Shown in pieces: positions 39,102 through 48,758 of a stretch of DNA of 64,000 bases (position 1 is the stretch's first letter; each line of letters starts with the position of its first letter). The stretch comes from an uncultured Defluviitaleaceae bacterium (GTDB lineage: Bacteria; Bacillota; Clostridia; Lachnospirales; WRBF01): the NCBI GenBank assembly GCA_964492715.1, contig CAZBLK010000003.1:13205-77204 (forward strand), given 5' to 3'. A program made the translations under genes and the position numbers. A model generated the notes under the pieces. That model was not told the origin of the DNA, did not search any database, and saw only the letters and a program-made list of their open reading frames with translations.

Positions 39102-41159
39102 TTAAAGTGTTGTTGAATAGTCGTTGACAAAAAACGTGTTGATTTTTGCTTCAAGGAGTGGGTTCATTTCAACTTTTCCACTGCAAACTTCCTCTGCCGC
39201 TTCCTTTGCCAAATTAAGCATGTCTAAATCGCTGTACAAGTTTGCAAGCTTCATTTCTGGCAAACCGTGTTGCCTAGTTCCAAAAAAATCCCCTGCACCA
39301 CGAAGCGACAAATCCAACTCTGCAAGCACAAAACCGTCGTTTGAGTTTGTCATAGCTTTCATGCGCTTTTTGCTTACACTGGATTTAGCATCAGTTATCA
39401 TTATGCAGTATGATTGATGTGAGCCACGCCCTACCCTACCCCTTAATTGGTGAAGCTGTGACAGCCCAAAACGTTCAGCATTTTCAATTATCATAACAGT
39501 TGCGTTTGGAACATTTATTCCAACTTCGATTACCGTTGTCGAAACAAGCACGTCAATTTGACCTTGTGCAAAGCTTTCCATTATTTCTTGCTTTTGCTGT
39601 GCTTTCATTTTGCCGTGCAAGCAGCAAACACTTCTGTTTGTAAAAATCTTAGTAAGTTGTTCAGAATATTCTACTGCTGAAACAAGCCCCATTTCTTCCG
39701 ACTTTTCTATCATTGGGCAAATTACATACACTAGTCTGCCAAGTGCAATTTGCTTTTCCATAAAAGCATAAATTCTTTGCCTGTAGTTTGTTCCTACACT
39801 GTAAGTTTCTATTGGCTGTCTTCCTGGTGGAAGCTGGTCAATTACAGAAATATCCATATCGCCATACAGCACAAGTGCTAAAGTTCTTGGAATTGGTGTA
39901 GCTGACATTACCAAAACATGTGGGCTTAAACCTTTTGCCGACAAAAATCCACGCTGTCTTACGCCAAAGCGGTGCTGCTCGTCCGTAATTACAAGCGTTA
40001 AGTTGTTAAACAAAACCTTTTCTTGAATAATTGCATGAGTGCCAATAATCATTTTAGCAGTTCCGTCAGCTATTTTTTCGTAGGCTTGTTCCTTTTGCTT
40101 TTTCGTTAAAGAGCCAGAAAGTAAAATTACGTCTATCCCCACATTAGAAAAATAACTAATAAAGCTTTCGTAATGCTGTGAAGCAAGCACTTCTGTAGGT
40201 GCCATAAGTGCGGCTTGACCGCCATTTTTTATTGCAACAAATGAAGCCAGCATAGCAACCGCTGTTTTGCCAGAACCAACATCACCTTGAACAAGCCTGT
40301 TCATTGCTAAACCGCTTTGAGTGTCTAGCCGAATTTCCTCCAAAACCTTTTTTTGTGCGTCAGTTAAACCAAAAGGAAATTGATTTATAACGTCTTCATA
40401 GCACCATTCACAAAATGTAACCGAAGGACGCCCTTTTATTGCGCCTTTATGCTTTACTAAAGCAAGCTGCATTAAAAAAAGCTCCTCAAAAACAAGCCTT
40501 CGCCGTGCTTGAAAAAACGCTTCGTCCGACTTTGGAAAGTGAATGTTTAAAATAGCTTCACTTCTGCTTACAAAACCTAACTTGCTTGTAATTTTATACG
40601 GCAAAAAGTCGTTTATGTTTAAAACGACTTTTTTTAATACATCATTTATTAGCCCTCGCAAAAGCTTTTGCGAAAGACCTCCTGTTAAACGATAAACAGG
40701 AACAATTCGTTCAGACGAAAGCAGTTCATTCCCCTTTACTTGCTCAAACTCGTCACATTCCATGCAAAGCTTATTCAGCCTTTTTACAACAGTTCCAGTA
40801 AAAACCCACTCTGTTCCAAGTGCAAAAAGGTTTCTAAGATATGGCTGATTAAACCATGCAAGTTCAAGCTGCCCTGTTTTGTCTCTGACTAAAAGCTTTG
40901 TTATCACTTTATTGTTTGCTCGTGTGTTTTCTGCCTTGATGTCAATTTTTACCCTAATTGTAATTACTTCGCCTAGTTCCGCTTCGGCAATTGGTGTTGT
41001 TTTGCTCCTATCAATATAATCTCTAGGAAAATATTCAAGCAAGTTCTGTACTGTAAAAACCCCAATTCCGTTTAAAACCTTTTGCCTTTCCTTGCCGACA
41101 CCCTTTACACAAGAGATGTCGGCATTTAAGCTTAAACCTAACTCGTCCATGCTACTCAA
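39102..41159 (-). CDS. recG: ATP-dependent DNA helicase RecG
   Basis: Wedge domain, GDVGSGKT Walker A, DEQHRFG and the TPIPRTL (TRG) motif. Confidence 0.95.
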   Translation of the reverse strand: MSSMDELGLSLNADISCVKGVGKERQKVLNGIGVFTVQNLLEYFPRDYIDRSKTTPIAEAELGEVITIRVKIDIKAENTRANNKVITKLLVRDKTGQLELAWFNQPYLRNLFALGTEWVFTGTVVKRLNKLCMECDEFEQVKGNELLSSERIVPVYRLTGGLSQKLLRGLINDVLKKVVLNINDFLPYKITSKLGFVSRSEAILNIHFPKSDEAFFQARRRLVFEELFLMQLALVKHKGAIKGRPSVTFCEWCYEDVINQFPFGLTDAQKKVLEEIRLDTQSGLAMNRLVQGDVGSGKTAVAMLASFVAIKNGGQAALMAPTEVLASQHYESFISYFSNVGIDVILLSGSLTKKQKEQAYEKIADGTAKMIIGTHAIIQEKVLFNNLTLVITDEQHRFGVRQRGFLSAKGLSPHVLVMSATPIPRTLALVLYGDMDISVIDQLPPGRQPIETYSVGTNYRQRIYAFMEKQIALGRLVYVICPMIEKSEEMGLVSAVEYSEQLTKIFTNRSVCCLHGKMKAQQKQEIMESFAQGQIDVLVSTTVIEVGINVPNATVMIIENAERFGLSQLHQLRGRVGRGSHQSYCIMITDAKSSVSKKRMKAMTNSNDGFVLAELDLSLRGAGDFFGTRQHGLPEMKLANLYSDLDMLNLAKEAAEEVCSGKVEMNPLLEAKINTFFVNDYSTTL

Positions 41160-42825
41160 CGGAAATAATGTAGTAATACAAAGGTTGCGAGCCGTTATGT
41201 AGCTCTACATCACAGTCGGGATAATTTTCCTCTATATATGCTTGAATTTCGCTTGCTTTCTCCTCGCTTACATCAGAGCCATAATAAACAGTTATAAATT
41301 CCCCACCGTCAGAAAGCATTGTATCAACAAGCTTTTTGGTAGAATCTTGCAAGTCTTTTCCCACTATTTCAATGTTGTTTTCAATTAGGCAAAGGTAATC
41401 CCCTTCGCTAATGCTTCTGTCGTTTACAACTGTTGCCCTTACAGCATAAGTTACTTGCCCAGTTGCAATTGTAGTTGAGGCTTCAGCCATGCTTTCAATA
41501 TTTTCCTCAAGGCTTAAAGCTGGGGCAAAGTTTATCATTGCAGTTACACCTTGCGGAACAGTTTTAGTTGGTACAACATGAATTTTTTGCGTTGTGCAAA
41601 GTTCTGCTGCTTGATTTGCCGCCAAAATAATGTTTTTGTTGTTCGGAAGAACGATTATATTTTTTGAATTAATCTTTTTTGCTGCATCGAGAATGTCATC
41701 TGCACTTGGGTTCATTGTTTGTCCGCCTTCAATTACAACGTCAACACCAAGGTTTTTGAAAATAGATGATAACCCTTGCCCTGCAGCAATAGCAATGAAG
41801 CCGACTTCCTTTTCTTCTCCAAGTATTTCTTCGATTTCTTTTTTGTCCTTGCTTCCGTTTTCATTTCCACTAAACTCAATTAAATTGGAGTGCTGCTCAC
41901 GCATATTTTCAATTTTAATATTTGTAAGAGGGCCTTCTTTTAACGCATATTCAAGCACAAGCCCAGGGTTTTCTGTGTGTACATGAATTTTCATTATGTT
42001 TCCGTCTGCAACAACTACAATAGAGTCACCAATTGTAGAAAGATATTTTTTAAACCTATCTTCAAGTTCCTCCGTTGCTTCCTTTATTTCAACTATAATT
42101 TCTGTACAATAACCAAATGTAATGTTTTCATTAGAAGCCATAGCTGCGTTTTGCATTGGTTGTGTCTTAGCGGCTTCGCCCTTTCCTTCGTAAACTTCAA
42201 TATCATCAATTACATGTCTACTTTTTATTGCACCGTACAAAACACACAAAAGCCCTTTTCCGCCAGCATCAACAACACCAGCTTGTTTTAGTGCAGGAAG
42301 CATGTTTGTTGTGTTTTCCAAAACAACTTCGGCGTGCTTCATTACACCACGCATCATTTCTTCTATGTCTTTTGTATTTTCGGCACACTCATTTGCTTTT
42401 TGTGCAAGCGCAGAAGCTACTGTTAAAATTGTACCTTCCTTTGGTTTCATTACAGCTTTATAAGCAGTTTCTGTAGCTTTAGAAAAAGCAGCCGCTAAAT
42501 CTGACGCTGTAATTACAGCTTTTCCTTCAAGCCCCTTTGCAAAACCACGAAAAAGCTGTGAAAGTATAACGCCCGAATTGCCCCTTGCGCCACGCAATGA
42601 GCCGCTTGCAACAGCTTTTCCAACGTCACTTATGCTTGGGCTTTTAAGCTTGTAAACTTCTTTTGCAGCCGCCAAAAGCGTCAGCGACATGTTTGTTCCA
42701 GTGTCACCGTCAGGAACAGGGAAAACGTTTAGCGCATCGATTTCGTCTTTATTTTTAGCAAGCTCGTTTGCACCAGCTATAATCATTTTTTTAAGTAAGC
42801 TTCCATCTATAGTAGTTAAACCCAA
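41152..42825 (-). CDS. DAK2-domain protein (YloV family)
   Basis: DGDTGTNM and RGNSGVILSQ motifs, downstream of asp23 as in Bacillus yloU-yloV. Confidence 0.9.
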   Translation of the reverse strand: MGLTTIDGSLLKKMIIAGANELAKNKDEIDALNVFPVPDGDTGTNMSLTLLAAAKEVYKLKSPSISDVGKAVASGSLRGARGNSGVILSQLFRGFAKGLEGKAVITASDLAAAFSKATETAYKAVMKPKEGTILTVASALAQKANECAENTKDIEEMMRGVMKHAEVVLENTTNMLPALKQAGVVDAGGKGLLCVLYGAIKSRHVIDDIEVYEGKGEAAKTQPMQNAAMASNENITFGYCTEIIVEIKEATEELEDRFKKYLSTIGDSIVVVADGNIMKIHVHTENPGLVLEYALKEGPLTNIKIENMREQHSNLIEFSGNENGSKDKKEIEEILGEEKEVGFIAIAAGQGLSSIFKNLGVDVVIEGGQTMNPSADDILDAAKKINSKNIIVLPNNKNIILAANQAAELCTTQKIHVVPTKTVPQGVTAMINFAPALSLEENIESMAEASTTIATGQVTYAVRATVVNDRSISEGDYLCLIENNIEIVGKDLQDSTKKLVDTMLSDGGEFITVYYGSDVSEEKASEIQAYIEENYPDCDVELHNGSQPLYYYIISVE

Positions 42826-42845
42826 AACAATTTCCTCCTTAAAGG

Positions 42846-43199
42846 TTAGTCAACCCTTATTCCTTCCACAAATATGTTTACACGCTCTACTTTAAGCCCA
42901 ACGTTTTCTTCTACTTTGTACTTTACTGTGCTTATTACCGAGTCGCAAATGGCAGGTATGTTTGTACCGTATTCAACAATAATATGCAAATCAATGTTAA
43001 GCAAGTCCCCGTTTATTGTCAGCACAATTCCTTTTGACAGGTTTTCTCTTTTTAAAAGATGAACAATTCCGTCTTTAACATTTTTGCTTGCCATGCCAAC
43101 AATTCCATAGCAATCCATTGCGGCAAGCCCAGCAATTCTTGCAATTACTTCATTGTCTATTGTAATGCTGCCGTATCCATTTCTTTTATTTGATGGCAT
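42846..43199 (-). CDS. Asp23/Gls24 family envelope-stress protein (YloU-like)
   Basis: 117 aa with IAGLAAMDCYGIVGM and the overall Asp23 pattern. Confidence 0.88.
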   Translation of the reverse strand: MPSNKRNGYGSITIDNEVIARIAGLAAMDCYGIVGMASKNVKDGIVHLLKRENLSKGIVLTINGDLLNIDLHIIVEYGTNIPAICDSVISTVKYKVEENVGLKVERVNIFVEGIRVD

Positions 43200-43387
43200 A
43201 AAAATCCTCCCACATATGGCGTATGTTTTACTTCAAAACACACCGTATTAGTTCTACAGGAATAATTATTTACCCTATAAGAAATAATTAGTTAATCAAA
43301 GCTATTTTACATTATACACTATAACACTGGCAATTATCAACATTATGTGTTATGCTTATACTAATATTATTTTAAAGAGGAGAACCT

Positions 43388-43660
43388 ATGAACGAAAAAC
43401 TTTACGAGTTTGATGCAGAAATAAAAAAAGTTCCTGATATTGACGGTGCTTATGTTGAAATTCCTTTTGATGTAAAGGCAGAGTTTGGTAAAGGCCGTGT
43501 TCCTGTTCACGCTACTTTTGATGGTGAACATTATGACGGAAGTCTTGTAAAAATGAAAACACCTTGCCATATAATTGGAATAAGAAAAGAAATTAGAGTA
43601 AAAATTGGCAAGCAAGCTGGTGACGTTATAAAGGTTACTATAAAGGAACGTGAAAAATAA
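43388..43660 (+). CDS. DUF1905-family small protein
   Basis: 90 aa. The [10 protein letters not shown]...[14 protein letters not shown] pattern is typical of DUF1905. Confidence 0.7.
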   Translation: MNEKLYEFDAEIKKVPDIDGAYVEIPFDVKAEFGKGRVPVHATFDGEHYDGSLVKMKTPCHIIGIRKEIRVKIGKQAGDVIKVTIKEREK

Positions 43661-44293
43661 GTGGTTAAAAATAAACTGGAAATTGAGATGCTTGCACATG
43701 AAAATGAATGCTACTTAAACGGTGCAAATTTAATTGCTGGCGTTGACGAAGTTGGTAGAGGTCCACTTGCAGGCCCTGTTGTTGCCTGTGCCGTAATTTT
43801 ACCTAGAGATTGCAACATAGTTGGAATAAATGATTCTAAAAAGCTTTCCGAAACAAAGCGAATTAAGCTTGCGCATGAAATTAAACAAAACGCTGTATCT
43901 TATGCAATTGGCATTTGTGGCGAAAAGGAAATTGACGAAATAAACATATTGCAAGCTACATTTAAAGCTATGTATGAAGCTGTAAATGGTTTATCAGTTA
44001 AACCCGAATATGTACTTGTTGACGGAGACAAAACAATACCACAGCTTTTGGATATTCCGCAAAAAGCTATAGTTCAAGGTGACGGCACTAGCTTGTCTAT
44101 TGCAGCTGCAAGCATAATTGCAAAAGTTGCACGTGATGAAATGATGTGCAGGTTTCATGACATTTACCCAAAATATAATTTTGGAAAGCATAAAGGCTAC
44201 GGAACAAAAGACCATGTTTCTGTAATAAAAGAATATGGGGCTTGCCCAATACATAGAATGACTTTTTTAAAGAAAATAATTGGTGTAAACTAA
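43661..44293 (+). CDS. rnhB: Ribonuclease HII
   Basis: GVDEVGRGPLAGPVV and DSKKLS motifs. The start is uncertain (GTG at 43661 or ATG at 43688). Confidence 0.92.
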   Translation: MVKNKLEIEMLAHENECYLNGANLIAGVDEVGRGPLAGPVVACAVILPRDCNIVGINDSKKLSETKRIKLAHEIKQNAVSYAIGICGEKEIDEINILQATFKAMYEAVNGLSVKPEYVLVDGDKTIPQLLDIPQKAIVQGDGTSLSIAAASIIAKVARDEMMCRFHDIYPKYNFGKHKGYGTKDHVSVIKEYGACPIHRMTFLKKIIGVN

Positions 44294-44326
44294 AGTTTTA
44301 TTAAGTTTTAGTTGAGGTTTTATAAC

Positions 44327-44614
44327 ATGAAGCGTTTTTCGGATTTAACTAAAGGTGAAAAATTTACAGCAAGAGTAATTGACATTCGTCCAGACACTGT
44401 TACAATTGAGCTTGCAACAGGAGAAAGCTTGACGGCTAAAAGCCTAATACTCCCAGATGCTCGCATTGGTGAAGCCGCCACGTTTATGGTAAAAGACAAC
44501 GCCAAGGGGAAAATTAGCCTTGAAATGGTACGTGAAGGAGAAGACAATTCTAAAAGCGGCGACAACGTTTTAGAAGAACGTATAAAACGCCGCTCTTTTG
44601 ACATGAGGGTTTAG
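44327..44614 (+). CDS. Small hypothetical protein upstream of the FlhB-C-like gene
   Basis: 95 aa from the ATG at 44327. No family recognised. Confidence 0.5.
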   Translation: MKRFSDLTKGEKFTARVIDIRPDTVTIELATGESLTAKSLILPDARIGEAATFMVKDNAKGKISLEMVREGEDNSKSGDNVLEERIKRRSFDMRV

Positions 44615-44616
44615 CT

Positions 44617-44916
44617 ATGGAAAAGAAAAAGGTAAACCAAGCCTTAAAAAAAGCTGTTGCAATAAAGTATGACCCGTCTGATGTTGCCCCAAAGGTTATA
44701 GCAAAAGGCAAAGGGTATATTGCTGAAAAAATTATCGGCAAAGCTTCGGATAAAGGAATACCTGTTTATAAGGACAAAAACCTTGTCGATGAGCTTGCAA
44801 AGCTTGAACTCGGAATGAACATTCCGCCAGAGCTTTACGAAGTTGTTGCACAAGTTCTCATTTTTATAAGCGATTTGGATAAGAAAAACATGTATTCAAG
44901 TAGGATTGAAAAATGA
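44617..44916 (+). CDS. FlhB C-terminal-domain-like (EscU/YscU family, YlqH-like) protein, copy 1
   Basis: 99 aa (KAVAIKYDPSDVAPKVIAKGKGYIAEKI...PVYKDKNLVDEL) with a GAGGG SD upstream. Confidence 0.8.
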   Translation: MEKKKVNQALKKAVAIKYDPSDVAPKVIAKGKGYIAEKIIGKASDKGIPVYKDKNLVDELAKLELGMNIPPELYEVVAQVLIFISDLDKKNMYSSRIEK

Positions 44917-45314
44917 GTAATTCAGCAAATAACTCACATATTTCAAAAGGTGCTTTCGGCGAAAAAGTTGCTTTGGACTTTTTAGTTAAAAATGGATATA
45001 ATATAATTTTGGTAAACTACCGCTGTATGTATGGTGAAATTGATATTATTTGTCAAAAAGATGATGTAACAGCTTTTGTAGAAGTAAAATACAGGACAAG
45101 CCTACGTTTCGGAAACCCTCGTGAAGCTGTAAACCTAAAGAAACAGCAAAAAATAAAAACAACAGCTATTCACTACATAACCGAACAAAACATTTCAAAC
45201 ACAAGCTTTAGGTTTGACGTTATAGAAATTTTGAACTTGGGAGCACTTGAATTTAGCTATGGAAAAGAAAAAGGTAAACCAAGCCTTAAAAAAAGCTGTT
45301 GCAATAAAGTATGA
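44913..45314 (+). CDS. yraN: YraN (UPF0102) endonuclease-like protein, chimeric copy with a replaced C-terminus
   Basis: The first 113 codons are identical to the downstream yraN. After the duplication junction it reads out of frame through unit 2 (EFSYGKEKGKPSLKKSCCNKV) and loses the ...ITHIENAFI end. Confidence 0.7.
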   Translation: MSNSANNSHISKGAFGEKVALDFLVKNGYNIILVNYRCMYGEIDIICQKDDVTAFVEVKYRTSLRFGNPREAVNLKKQQKIKTTAIHYITEQNISNTSFRFDVIEILNLGALEFSYGKEKGKPSLKKSCCNKV

Positions 45315-45558
45315 CCCGTCTGATGTTGCCCCAAAGGTTATAGCAAAAGGCAAAGGGTATATTGCTGAAAAAATTATCGGCAAAGCTTCGGATAAAGGAA
45401 TACCTGTTTATAAGGACAAAAACCTTGTCGATGAGCTTGCAAAGCTTGAACTCGGAATGAACATTCCGCCAGAGCTTTACGAAGTTGTTGCACAAGTTCT
45501 CATTTTTATAAGCGATTTGGATAAGAAAAACATGTATTCAAGTAGGATTGAAAAATGA
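45259..45558 (+). CDS. FlhB C-terminal-domain-like protein, copy 2 (identical to copy 1)
   Basis: The coding sequence is identical, but the upstream context differs: the nearest GGGAG is about 15 nt from the ATG. Confidence 0.7.
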   Translation: MEKKKVNQALKKAVAIKYDPSDVAPKVIAKGKGYIAEKIIGKASDKGIPVYKDKNLVDELAKLELGMNIPPELYEVVAQVLIFISDLDKKNMYSSRIEK

Positions 45559-45923
45559 GTAATTCAGCAAATAACTCACATATTTCAAAAGGTGCTTTCG
45601 GCGAAAAAGTTGCTTTGGACTTTTTAGTTAAAAATGGATATAATATAATTTTGGTAAACTACCGCTGTATGTATGGTGAAATTGATATTATTTGTCAAAA
45701 AGATGATGTAACAGCTTTTGTAGAAGTAAAATACAGGACAAGCCTACGTTTCGGAAACCCTCGTGAAGCTGTAAACCTAAAGAAACAGCAAAAAATAAAA
45801 ACAACAGCTATTCACTACATAACCGAACAAAACATTTCAAACACAAGCTTTAGGTTTGACGTTATAGAAATTTTGAACTTGGGAGCACTTGAAATTACAC
45901 ATATAGAAAACGCTTTTATATAA
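45555..45923 (+). CDS. yraN: YraN (UPF0102) endonuclease-like protein, intact copy
   Basis: 122 aa with GEIDII...VEVK PD-(D/E)xK-like motifs and a conserved C-terminal HIENAF. Confidence 0.85.
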   Translation: MSNSANNSHISKGAFGEKVALDFLVKNGYNIILVNYRCMYGEIDIICQKDDVTAFVEVKYRTSLRFGNPREAVNLKKQQKIKTTAIHYITEQNISNTSFRFDVIEILNLGALEITHIENAFI

Positions 45924-45944
45924 AGAGTAAAAATAGGAGAGAAA

Positions 45945-47246
45945 ATGGAAAACGTAATAATAAAAATTGAAAAAGGCAGCATAGCTGAAGAACTTGGCAT
46001 ACAAAACGGTGATATCCTTGTAAGCATAAACGAAAAGGATATAATAGATGTTTTTGACTATCGCTATGCAATTTCTGATGAATACATTGAAGTTTGTATA
46101 AGGGACATCGACGGCGAAGAAACAGTATATGAAATTGAAAAAGATGAAAACGAAGATTTGGGGCTTGTTTTTGATGGCGGTTTAATGGACTCGGCAAAAA
46201 GCTGTAAAAACAAGTGCATTTTTTGCTTTATAGACCAACTTCCAAAAGGAATGCGTGAAACGCTTTATTTTAAAGATGATGATGCAAGGCTTTCGTTTTT
46301 GTCGGGCAATTATATTACGCTAACTAACGTAAGCGAAGAAGACATTGACAGAATTATATATTACCATCTATCACCAATAAATATTTCTGTTCACGCTACA
46401 GACCCAGAGCTTAGAACATTTATGCTTAAAAACCCAAACTCTGACAAAGTAATGTACTACATTGAAAAGCTTTACAATGCAGGAATTGACATGAACTTTC
46501 AAATAGTTTTGGTTAAAGGTGTAAACGATGGAAAACAACTTGACAGAACTATAAATGATTTGGTTAAATATGTAGAAAAGGGGCGAAGCCTTTCGGTTGT
46601 TCCTGTTGGGATAACACGCCACAGAGAAGGGCTTTTTGAAATTGAACCTTTTACAAAAGAAGACTGTGCTTCTATTATAACGCAACTCGAGGCATATCAA
46701 AAAGAATTTAAAAAGCTTTACAAAACAAGGTTTGTTTATGCTGCTGACGAGCTTTATATTAAGGGCGGATTACCTATCCCAAGCTATTCGGAATATGAAG
46801 ATTTTCCGCAAATTGAAAACGGCGTTGGTATGATTGCTTCAATGAAAAAGGAATTTGATGATGCTCTGAAAAAGGCTAAATATTTAGGTAAGGAAAAGCA
46901 TATATCTATAGCAACAGCACATGCTGCCTACAGCTTTATGTGCAGTTTAGCTGAAAGCTTTATGAAAAAGTTTCCGCTTATTAAAATTAGCGTTTACAAA
47001 ATTGATAACGACTTTTTTGGGGAACAAGTTACTGTTTCTGGGCTTTTAACGGGCGGTGACTTTTTAAACCAACTAAATGAAAGGTCGTTGGGTGAAATGC
47101 TTTTAATTCCAAAAAATGCTTTGCGCCGAGACGACACCGTTTTTTTGGACGACTTAGATGTTTCCGAGCTTGGAAAACAGCTTAATGTACAAATTAAAGC
47201 TGTAGAAACATCTGGCACAAGCTTAGTAAAAGAGCTTTGCAAATAA
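45945..47246 (+). CDS. PDZ + radical-SAM-like DUF512 protein
   Basis: N-terminal PDZ-like segment, a CKNKCIFCF Cys motif and the conserved position upstream of der. Confidence 0.8.
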   Translation: MENVIIKIEKGSIAEELGIQNGDILVSINEKDIIDVFDYRYAISDEYIEVCIRDIDGEETVYEIEKDENEDLGLVFDGGLMDSAKSCKNKCIFCFIDQLPKGMRETLYFKDDDARLSFLSGNYITLTNVSEEDIDRIIYYHLSPINISVHATDPELRTFMLKNPNSDKVMYYIEKLYNAGIDMNFQIVLVKGVNDGKQLDRTINDLVKYVEKGRSLSVVPVGITRHREGLFEIEPFTKEDCASIITQLEAYQKEFKKLYKTRFVYAADELYIKGGLPIPSYSEYEDFPQIENGVGMIASMKKEFDDALKKAKYLGKEKHISIATAHAAYSFMCSLAESFMKKFPLIKISVYKIDNDFFGEQVTVSGLLTGGDFLNQLNERSLGEMLLIPKNALRRDDTVFLDDLDVSELGKQLNVQIKAVETSGTSLVKELCK

Positions 47247-47274
47247 ATTATTTGTACTTACAAAGGAGAACAAA

Positions 47275-48600
47275 ATGGCAAAACCAATTGTAGCAATTGT
47301 TGGCCGCCCAAATGTGGGTAAATCAACGCTTTTTAATAGATTAGTAGGAGAACGTTTGAGCATTGTTGAAGACACACCAGGTGTTACTCGTGACAGAGTT
47401 TATGCAGATGCCGAATGGCTTAACACGAAGTTTACATTAATTGACACAGGAGGGCTTGACCCTTCTTCGGAAGATGAAATTCACAAAAAAATGTATACAC
47501 AAGCCGAAATTGCAATTGATACGGCTGATGTAATTATGTTTATTGTTGATATAAAAACAGGCATTACTGATGCAGACTTAAACGTAGCAAACGTACTTCG
47601 TAAAGCAAACAAACCGATTGTTCTTGTCGTAAATAAAGTTGACGACATGCGCAGAGAAAACCTTGATATTTATGAGTTTTATTCTCTTGGTTTGGGTGAA
47701 CCAATTCCAGTTTCGTCAGGGCAAGCGCTTGGGCTTGGCGACATGCTTGACGTTGTTGTGTCAAATTTCGACAAAGAAAAGCTTGCAGAAGAAGAAAACG
47801 ACCTTATTAAAGTAGCAATTGTCGGAAAGCCAAATGTAGGTAAATCTTCATTAGTAAACAAAATTCTTGGCGAGGAACGTGTAATTGTAAGCCCCATTGC
47901 AGGAACAACTCGTGATGCAATAGACACGTACACGGAAAAAGACGGTCAAGGCTTTGTTTTTATAGACACGGCTGGTATGCGAAAACGAAACAAAATAAAG
48001 GAAAACATAGAAAAGTACAGCATTGTTCGTGCCGTTTCTGCAATTGAACGTGCTGACGTATGTGTACTTGTTATAAACGCAGAAGAAGGCATAACCGAGC
48101 AAGACACAAAAATTGCAGGCATAGCGCACGAAGCTGGAAAAGCGGCAATTATTGTTGTAAACAAATGGGACGCTATAGAAAAAGATAACAACACAATGAA
48201 AAAGTTTGAAAAAGACATTCGTAACACGTTAAGCTACATGCCTTATGCGCCAATGCTTTTTATTTCAGCGTTAACAGGGCAGCGTGTTCACAAGCTTTTT
48301 GAAACAATTGTTGCTGTAAGCCAAAATTCGTCGCACAGAGTTAGCACAGGGCTTTTAAATGAAGTTCTTTCAGAAGCTACAGCAATGAACCAACCACCAG
48401 CAGAAAAAGGACGACAACTTCGTATTTATTACATGACACAAGTGTCTGTTCGTCCTCCAACTTTTGTGCTTTTTGTAAATAACAAAGAATTACTTCATTT
48501 TTCATATAAGCGTTATATAGAAAACAGGCTTAGGGAAGCGTTTGGCTTTTCTGGAACGCCGATACACTTTCTAGTTAGAAATAAAGGCGAGAGGGATTAG
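47275..48600 (+). CDS. der: Ribosome-associated GTPase Der/EngA (tandem G domains + KH-like)
   Basis: Two [19 protein letters not shown]-loops and two NKxD motifs. Confidence 0.95.
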   Translation: MAKPIVAIVGRPNVGKSTLFNRLVGERLSIVEDTPGVTRDRVYADAEWLNTKFTLIDTGGLDPSSEDEIHKKMYTQAEIAIDTADVIMFIVDIKTGITDADLNVANVLRKANKPIVLVVNKVDDMRRENLDIYEFYSLGLGEPIPVSSGQALGLGDMLDVVVSNFDKEKLAEEENDLIKVAIVGKPNVGKSSLVNKILGEERVIVSPIAGTTRDAIDTYTEKDGQGFVFIDTAGMRKRNKIKENIEKYSIVRAVSAIERADVCVLVINAEEGITEQDTKIAGIAHEAGKAAIIVVNKWDAIEKDNNTMKKFEKDIRNTLSYMPYAPMLFISALTGQRVHKLFETIVAVSQNSSHRVSTGLLNEVLSEATAMNQPPAEKGRQLRIYYMTQVSVRPPTFVLFVNNKELLHFSYKRYIENRLREAFGFSGTPIHFLVRNKGERD

Positions 48601-48602
48601 CA

Positions 48603-48758
48603 AGTTTAGAGTACATTTTCATTGTCCTTTCTTCTGAGGAAATTTTATTAGCTTTTATAATTTGTATTGTAGGGTATGTTAAACATCGTGGAAACATTAC
48701 AAGTCTTTTAAAAGGAAACGAAAGAAAATTATCTTTTGGTGGTGGTATTAAAAAATGA
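48603..48758 (+). pseudogene. plsY: 3'-terminal remnant of plsY (glycerol-3-phosphate acyltransferase)
   Basis: This frame translates to ...LLAFIICIVGYVKHRGNITSLLKGNERKLSFGGGIKK*, matching the last TM helix plus the HRxNIxRLLxGxExK tail of PlsY. There is no in-frame ATG/GTG/TTG. The stop overlaps the gpsA ATG (ATGA). Only 154 nt separate der from gpsA. Confidence 0.7.

Larger units (their letters stand above)
44610..45893 (+). repeat. Perfect direct tandem duplication, 2 x 642 bp (44610-45251 and 45252-45893)
   Basis: A base-by-base reading of the two units shows no differences. Confidence 0.95.

Noticed and set aside
43367-43699. 110-aa minus-strand ORF overlapping the DUF1905 gene.
   Set aside because: It has Phe/Asn/Tyr-rich low-complexity translation typical of antisense AT-rich DNA, and the plus-strand DUF1905 ORF has a clear family pattern and SD.
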